Both the position numbers and the translations under genes were made by a program. A stretch of 35,136 nt of DNA, taken from positions 1 through 35,136 of the forward strand of contig JAZRWV010000014.1 of assembly GCA_045599925.1 (NCBI GenBank), given 5' to 3'. Shown here piece after piece: positions 30,501-35,136 of this stretch (its first letter is position 1; each line of letters starts with the position of its first letter). The DNA comes from Myxococcota bacterium. GTDB lineage: Bacteria; Myxococcota_A; Bradymonadia; UBA4248. Below the pieces are notes generated by a model that did not search any database, was not told the DNA's origin, and saw nothing but the letters and a program-made list of their open reading frames with translations.

Positions 30501-32967
30501 AGGCATCGTCGCTTTTGATATTTCAGCCAATGTCGATATCGATAAAGTCTCTCTTTTGATGGAAAATTCAAAAGATATCAATCGCATCAGAAACATGAGT
30601 TCGACATGGGTTGAAGGATATATCGACCTGGAAGACATCCTCTTTTCCGGGATGAATTTTGGGAATTCACGCATCGAAATGTCTCGTTCCAATCAGTTTG
30701 CGCTGATAAGAGGTCAGTTCGTCGACAGTACACTTGAGCTATCCGGATTTGTTCGCACCTCACCGAGATTTTCAGCATCCGTGACGTTAAACTTCCCGCA
30801 GCTCGACGTCCTGAAAACCATGGACAAAATTGGGATAGATCTTGGTGATTTGCCCAAACAGTTCAGTCTGAATAAAGCTATTTTATCCGGTTCTATCGGC
30901 TTTTGTATGAAATCTTTCGATGACATGAAGGTTTCATTGTTGCTGGATGAAATCAGTGTCGATGTCCTTGGCGACACCCTCGAACTGACGCAAACGGCGA
31001 TGGCTCGGGTTGATCTCAATGCAATGACAGCCAAACTGAGCCAATTGGAATTCAAATATCGCGATTCAGTTCTCAAAATGAACGGTTCCGCAGGAATGAA
31101 TGGCGATATCGATTTCGATTTGAACGGCGAAATTGATGCAGCCATTGCCCAATCCATTCCAGGACTTTCCGGCAATGTCAAAGCCTCTTCCGGGGTATTC
31201 GGCATCAGTCTTTCTGCCCGAGGAAACATCTACGACAAAGCAAAGAAAATTAGCCCGGATAACCTCGAAATTACAGGCTACTTTGGCGTTCGTGACGGCA
31301 TTCAGGTGTTGACGTCCATGGCCTCTTCACCGATTGAAATGCGCGAAGGTTTTATCATTCTTGAACATGACACAGAACGTTGCGGTCACAAAGAAACCTG
31401 TCTCTATACACCACAAAAATTCAATCTCGGGGTCGATAATCACTCTCTTGCACTCGATCTTTTTGCATCGACAAATGGCAAAGTGGCCGCAACTATCGAT
31501 GGCATTATTAATGTCGAAATTGCGTCGTTGTTCGTCAAAGATATTTCAACCGCCTCCGGCATCATCGAGCTCAATCTCTCTGCCAATGGACAGTTATTTA
31601 ACCCGTCAACATTTGTCATGACGCCGGAAAAACTGGCTATCAATGGCAAGATTGAAGTCGATCAGGTCAATCCGGTTTATATCGAAATGCATTCGATGAA
31701 TGATCCGATTACAGTCGATCAAGGGGCCATTCTTTTCACAAGTACGGAATGTCCATCCGGCGGTGAATGTATAGTGATTCCCAAAACACAGGCTTTTAAA
31801 GGCGAGGTGATGGGCGGATCATATCTCATCTTTGGGGAAGTTAAACGCGAAGCTTATGTTCCGAAAAGTGCAGATCTATCCATTACAGCCAATAACATCA
31901 GTTTCCGCATGAAAGATGAACTTTCCTTGACAGTGTCTCCGGATATCCAAATTACAGTTAAAGACTTTACAAACTTTGAAACAGTTAAGGTTGCAGGTGA
32001 TATCGACGTTGCAGAAGCTCGCTATAAGAAAAACTTTGATGATGGTACATCCAATTTTATCAAAGAGCAGATATTGTCTCTGTTCATTGATTCCCGCCGT
32101 CGCGTGGATACGTATTCTCCTTCATTCCTTAGAAAATGGCCTTTCCTCGGTAAAATTGGTCTCGATGTCGGGGTAACTGCAGAAAATTCCATTAGTGTGG
32201 ACGTTAAAATCGCAACAGCAGTCGTTGCACTCGAACTAGGTTCTCAGCTTCGCATTGGCGGCACCGTTAAAGATTATGCCCCGACAGGTATCGTTTCTAT
32301 TAATCAGGGTGTTTTTACACTTCGTGATAATGATTTTGAATTTGGCAGTGGTGCTCAGGTCGCATTTAACGGCTCTTTGGATGGAAAAATTGATATTACA
32401 GCAACGACTGAAATCAACACAGAATCCAATGCCTTCAGCTCCGTTACAGGCAACACCGACCTCGACCGTAGAAAACGCATTTCAACAAGCGATTCATCTT
32501 CAAGTGATTTGTACTCCATCACCTTGACTGTGGGCGGAAGCGTCTTTAAACCGGTATGGTCTTTCGAATCCAGTCCGTATCTCACGGATACAAACGTCTA
32601 CGCACTCATCCTTACGGGCAAAACCATCGAAGATTTCTCAGGAAACGACGTGGCAATGGAATCCCTTTTGTCACCGTTTTTCTCATCTCAGCTTGACACA
32701 TTCATCAATGCAGATCAATTTAAGTTCGTGTTTAGTGAAGGCGCTGCACAGTTTGTTTATGTCAAACAAATAAACAAAGGACTCAGAATTGCAGCTGGCG
32801 TTTCCATTCGCGGCGCGGCAGGTAATGAACAGGCTTTGTCTGCTGAGTATTACTTTAACGATAAAATGTATATTGATCTCACAGGCCAAAATACTTCAGA
32901 TGAAGAAGGACGTGCCCCAACATTCAAGCTTGGTGCTCGTTTCCACTGGCATGTTCCACTTCAATAA
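27505..32967 (+). CDS. TamB/AsmA-like translocation-and-assembly-module protein (1820 aa)
   Basis: Single N-terminal TM anchor followed by a very long beta-rich sequence. DUF490-like C-terminus (...LSAEYYFNDKMYIDLTGQ...FKLGARFHWHVPLQ). Confidence 0.8.
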   Translation: MSKKQDHTVRIFAAETKVPAWLTRYTNTLIILLMWPCIIVAFVYLTAFYILNCSYGPKILHSQLSGFLRGDYYADTMSTDAFLQTLTMTNVRLSEAGKEETVIFAPKVEAKIPIVELVDLFNGEKCAADEPADCMVLTVNRIKAYNADVVLDFTKGELNILKVVLPYASKPDPPDNSPTNFVTNLADLNVESTAVHLIFDGFRIDLYDTDVDHFALRAGNILQMISPLAKDLVHGDTLYGRDGSIRVGHGELVFNPALFSFALASVGDADEGLIMSGGSGTAGNVGYAYGQMARHLEGILRGESDSRLEELSIHKEYIKHVRCISDMLKTYGIPMDDIIRTNVTEIKKKEETYHAQVKAIEEGLYKLYREGKGLAKPDMRGNFVIPLEETIVDGFDWEGNRFDIPRMTTGIGDNGRIVMVNAMMNVGPTEEEVEAHSTQYHHKRSGLEAKESILWAADLDLKLKVSDPILTYFFGPILFGREQLDLHAVMAGDLARVSGDISLDMPTFETFDVEVARAALRANMDGQHLTISDFEADTALGGVLLAGYYDIMDGNFDLDLWAGQAPDDPDFAFVDPDFRERLDEGMTPMDYFPDGDLQHFGGLMKSHLKAQSQDGVIAVSLPDPILYEFDNPFMGLESAKIQPVSSEDQRILTWQNGVMTSPGGINIDLGTDSVRIGPDFRLNTNNLSDMNADVAVHIENPVSYAEQFGLSDLEADPIDLAVAYHQCGTESCGKLQLKTSNISYMGISIPKIDIALNLDQSKLSASAFNINTAFGDISAKTLNAVITPQLLLEPTKIPFNTELTLSKVDFSKFNYESLTLDPETVNSLKKLNLKGTGSGRITADGPIDQLKGRLIYTMEDVQVAGLDISRVLFITRYEDNKISIPALNVWFIDSQLSDEEARNILTNSDGASLIAEDVNAGTSASFETEKMSAEQAENLAATIQPSKQQTRVRRRTPDLSLGAVTYYLEENRVELNVQLQPIAPNWFKMFRDLEIPLEKGIVAFDISANVDIDKVSLLMENSKDINRIRNMSSTWVEGYIDLEDILFSGMNFGNSRIEMSRSNQFALIRGQFVDSTLELSGFVRTSPRFSASVTLNFPQLDVLKTMDKIGIDLGDLPKQFSLNKAILSGSIGFCMKSFDDMKVSLLLDEISVDVLGDTLELTQTAMARVDLNAMTAKLSQLEFKYRDSVLKMNGSAGMNGDIDFDLNGEIDAAIAQSIPGLSGNVKASSGVFGISLSARGNIYDKAKKISPDNLEITGYFGVRDGIQVLTSMASSPIEMREGFIILEHDTERCGHKETCLYTPQKFNLGVDNHSLALDLFASTNGKVAATIDGIINVEIASLFVKDISTASGIIELNLSANGQLFNPSTFVMTPEKLAINGKIEVDQVNPVYIEMHSMNDPITVDQGAILFTSTECPSGGECIVIPKTQAFKGEVMGGSYLIFGEVKREAYVPKSADLSITANNISFRMKDELSLTVSPDIQITVKDFTNFETVKVAGDIDVAEARYKKNFDDGTSNFIKEQILSLFIDSRRRVDTYSPSFLRKWPFLGKIGLDVGVTAENSISVDVKIATAVVALELGSQLRIGGTVKDYAPTGIVSINQGVFTLRDNDFEFGSGAQVAFNGSLDGKIDITATTEINTESNAFSSVTGNTDLDRRKRISTSDSSSSDLYSITLTVGGSVFKPVWSFESSPYLTDTNVYALILTGKTIEDFSGNDVAMESLLSPFFSSQLDTFINADQFKFVFSEGAAQFVYVKQINKGLRIAAGVSIRGAAGNEQALSAEYYFNDKMYIDLTGQNTSDEEGRAPTFKLGARFHWHVPLQ

Positions 32968-32979
32968 TAAGAGAAAACA

Positions 32980-35067
32980 ATGCATCCATTTCTCCGTTTC
33001 ATAAAAAAACATGCAGTCCTGGTCACAGTAACTCTGTGTTTGCTTATTCTTATCGTACTCTTTCATGAGCTGGTAACCCCCTTTATCATTGCGCTCATTA
33101 TCGTTTATCTCATTGAGCCAATGGTCAATAATATGAACAAAATCCACATCGGAAAACGTCATCTTCCCAGAGGTGTGGCCGTTTTGTGCGCATATTTGCT
33201 CTTTTTGCTCGCAGTCGTCGGCGTCGGATTCGCTTTCGTTCCCGCCCTGACTTCTGAAATTTCACAGGCAACAGAAGAACTTCCCAAATATTACTCACGC
33301 ATTAAGGACGAAGAAATTCCCAAACTCAGTCAAAAAGCGGATGAACTTCTTTTCAGATTTTCCAGACACGATCCATCTGAACTCCCTGCAGCAATTGAAG
33401 AAACCACTAATCACGTGCATCAATCCATTGATTCGGCATTCGCCGAAGTCGATGAACTTGCCCTTCCTGAAATCGATACCAGCGGCTCAAAACCTCTCCT
33501 CGTTAATGCCGAACGTTCTGAAAAAGCCAAACCCAAAATCATCACAAAATCCGATATCCCCAAATCTCCGGTTATTCTTCGGCTTCATCAGACTCAAAAA
33601 GGCGATTTCGATATCCTCGCAGGTGACCGCGAACTCGTGCTTCAGTCTGATTCCAATGGTTCTTACATCATCAAAACTAACCCTGATGAAGCTGGTTTAA
33701 AGTCCGCCAAAAGCTTTAATCTCGAACGAGAAATCAATAAAACCGTCGTCAGTGCTGTCGAATCGAGTACGCAGTATGCAGGAAGTGCACTCTCTATTCT
33801 TCAGAGTGTGATTGAAGTCGTCGTCAACACATTCGTCCAATTCATTCTCGTCCTCATGCTCGCTGCCTTTATTTCGATTGACACACCAAAGTTGATGGCA
33901 TTTATCCGCAGACTTTTTGAGGATAAAAATCAGAAAGCCGATACTTATGACGAATTCAAAGGCCGACTTTCAAAAGGACTCGCAGGAGTCGTTCGCGGAC
34001 AGCTCATTATCTGCTGTATCGACGGCTTCCTCACTGGTCTAGGCCTCTTTCTTATCGGCGTCGATTTCGCATTGTTGCTCGGAATTGTTGGCGGTCTTCT
34101 TTGCATCATTCCGATTTTCGGAACGATTATCCTTCTCATTCCAGCAGTATTGCTTGCCTTGATGAAAGGCCCCGTCACCGCATTGCTCGTCATCGTCGTC
34201 ATTCTACTCATCCATTTCTGCGATACGAATTTCTTTACCCCCAAAATTGTTGGCAAATCATCCAACCTTCATCCCGTTATCATCATCTTTGCTTTGCTCG
34301 CCGGTCAACAACTCGCAGGGGTTCTCGGACTTATTCTCGCGGTTCCTGTCACCTCCATGCTTCAGACAACGATTAAGTTTATCCTCGAAAAATCTCGCGA
34401 AAATGATGATGAAGAAGATGAAAAGAAAGCTAAAGATGCTGAAAAAATGGAACTCGCATACGCCGCAGCTCAGGCCGCTGTTCAAGTGATGACCGCTCCT
34501 GAAGGAAATCGCATTTCTATTGCCGCAGCCCCAGCCATTAAACCTGCTTCTGCTGATTTCAAAACCATTTCAAAATCAGATACACCGGCTCTCGATGAAC
34601 GTCAGGTCTCGAAATCACTCAAATCCATTGAAGCTGAACATCAGGCTGCTTCTCCCAAAAGCATTTTAGAGGCCGTTCAACACTATACCCCCTCACCAAC
34701 ATCTCATGATGAACATGTGGTAAAATTGTCGGACGAACCTGTCGTTCCTGCACCTGATAAGGCTGTGATTTCGAGTATTGACGAAATGGCAACAGCTTCT
34801 TCGCCTTCACTTCCTGTCGTCGATGACAAACTCCCTCTCGTCACAAAAATGTCGCCTTCTGCTCAGATTTCACTCGATGAACTCGCAAGCATTGAAAAGT
34901 TTTCAAACCGTACAGCCGAAGGCGATGTGGATGACACGCTCATCATGAGTGATGTACACCCACCAGTAGGAACAGTCCCTCTGCCGTCTGATAATCCTGA
35001 AACAGCCCTGGATGCCTCCAGTGCTCACAAATCTCGTTCAATTTTAATTCATAAAGGAGCGAAATAG
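32980..35067 (+). CDS. AI-2E (PerM/UPF0118) family transporter with an enlarged loop and a long C-terminal tail
   Basis: TM core with GLLCIIPIFGTIILLIPAVLLAL and LAGVLGLILAVPV, typical of AI-2E permeases. There is a loop of about 185 aa after TM3 and a low-complexity tail of about 215 aa. The start is 12 nt after the TamB-like stop. Confidence 0.8.
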   Translation: MHPFLRFIKKHAVLVTVTLCLLILIVLFHELVTPFIIALIIVYLIEPMVNNMNKIHIGKRHLPRGVAVLCAYLLFLLAVVGVGFAFVPALTSEISQATEELPKYYSRIKDEEIPKLSQKADELLFRFSRHDPSELPAAIEETTNHVHQSIDSAFAEVDELALPEIDTSGSKPLLVNAERSEKAKPKIITKSDIPKSPVILRLHQTQKGDFDILAGDRELVLQSDSNGSYIIKTNPDEAGLKSAKSFNLEREINKTVVSAVESSTQYAGSALSILQSVIEVVVNTFVQFILVLMLAAFISIDTPKLMAFIRRLFEDKNQKADTYDEFKGRLSKGLAGVVRGQLIICCIDGFLTGLGLFLIGVDFALLLGIVGGLLCIIPIFGTIILLIPAVLLALMKGPVTALLVIVVILLIHFCDTNFFTPKIVGKSSNLHPVIIIFALLAGQQLAGVLGLILAVPVTSMLQTTIKFILEKSRENDDEEDEKKAKDAEKMELAYAAAQAAVQVMTAPEGNRISIAAAPAIKPASADFKTISKSDTPALDERQVSKSLKSIEAEHQAASPKSILEAVQHYTPSPTSHDEHVVKLSDEPVVPAPDKAVISSIDEMATASSPSLPVVDDKLPLVTKMSPSAQISLDELASIEKFSNRTAEGDVDDTLIMSDVHPPVGTVPLPSDNPETALDASSAHKSRSILIHKGAK

Positions 35068-35136
35068 CACTTTTCCTCCAAATGATGTAGAATCATCCGC
35101 GGAGGTATTAAGCTTACGCTTCTATTCTGACTAATC

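Overview
This is a 35.1-kb chromosomal segment from a diderm (Gram-negative-type) bacterium with mid-range GC content, judged by eye. The taxon cannot be fixed from sequence alone. The GLUG/Cys-rich lipoprotein, the CxxC-x17-CxxC protein and the Rpn-type gene are reminiscent of Fibrobacterota/FCB-like genomes. I support 21 protein-coding genes and one gene fragment. I found no rRNA, tRNA or CRISPR array. Cell-envelope functions dominate: a YcbB-like L,D-transpeptidase, a class-B PBP transpeptidase with a BamB-like propeller lipoprotein, an 1820-aa TamB/AsmA-like protein, an MMPL/RND exporter and several lipoproteins. Housekeeping genes are interleaved: an RluA-family pseudouridine synthase, PanD and a type-2 IPP isomerase. 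The unusual items are as follows. (i) An 865-aa protein reads like an ATPase-dead Lhr-like SF2 helicase scaffold fused to an RNase D-type DEDDy exonuclease, and a PPP-type metallophosphoesterase gene follows it. (ii) A dense family of intergenic hairpin repeats shares one invariant bulged G (GCGTAT paired with ATAGC). Some copies are assembled into three-hairpin mosaic modules, and all of them sit at gene 3' ends. (iii) Heptanucleotide (GCAATGW)n arrays occupy two promoter regions, each next to a CGTTGC/GCAACG hairpin. (iv) An Rpn-family PD-(D/E)XK gene is followed immediately by a truncated copy of its own internal segment. (v) One protein carries five CxxC-x17-CxxC zinc ribbons. (vi) An 868-aa lipoprotein has about 10 Cys-rich TSP3-like repeats plus GLUG repeats. 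All functional calls rest on motifs read by eye. No database search was possible.
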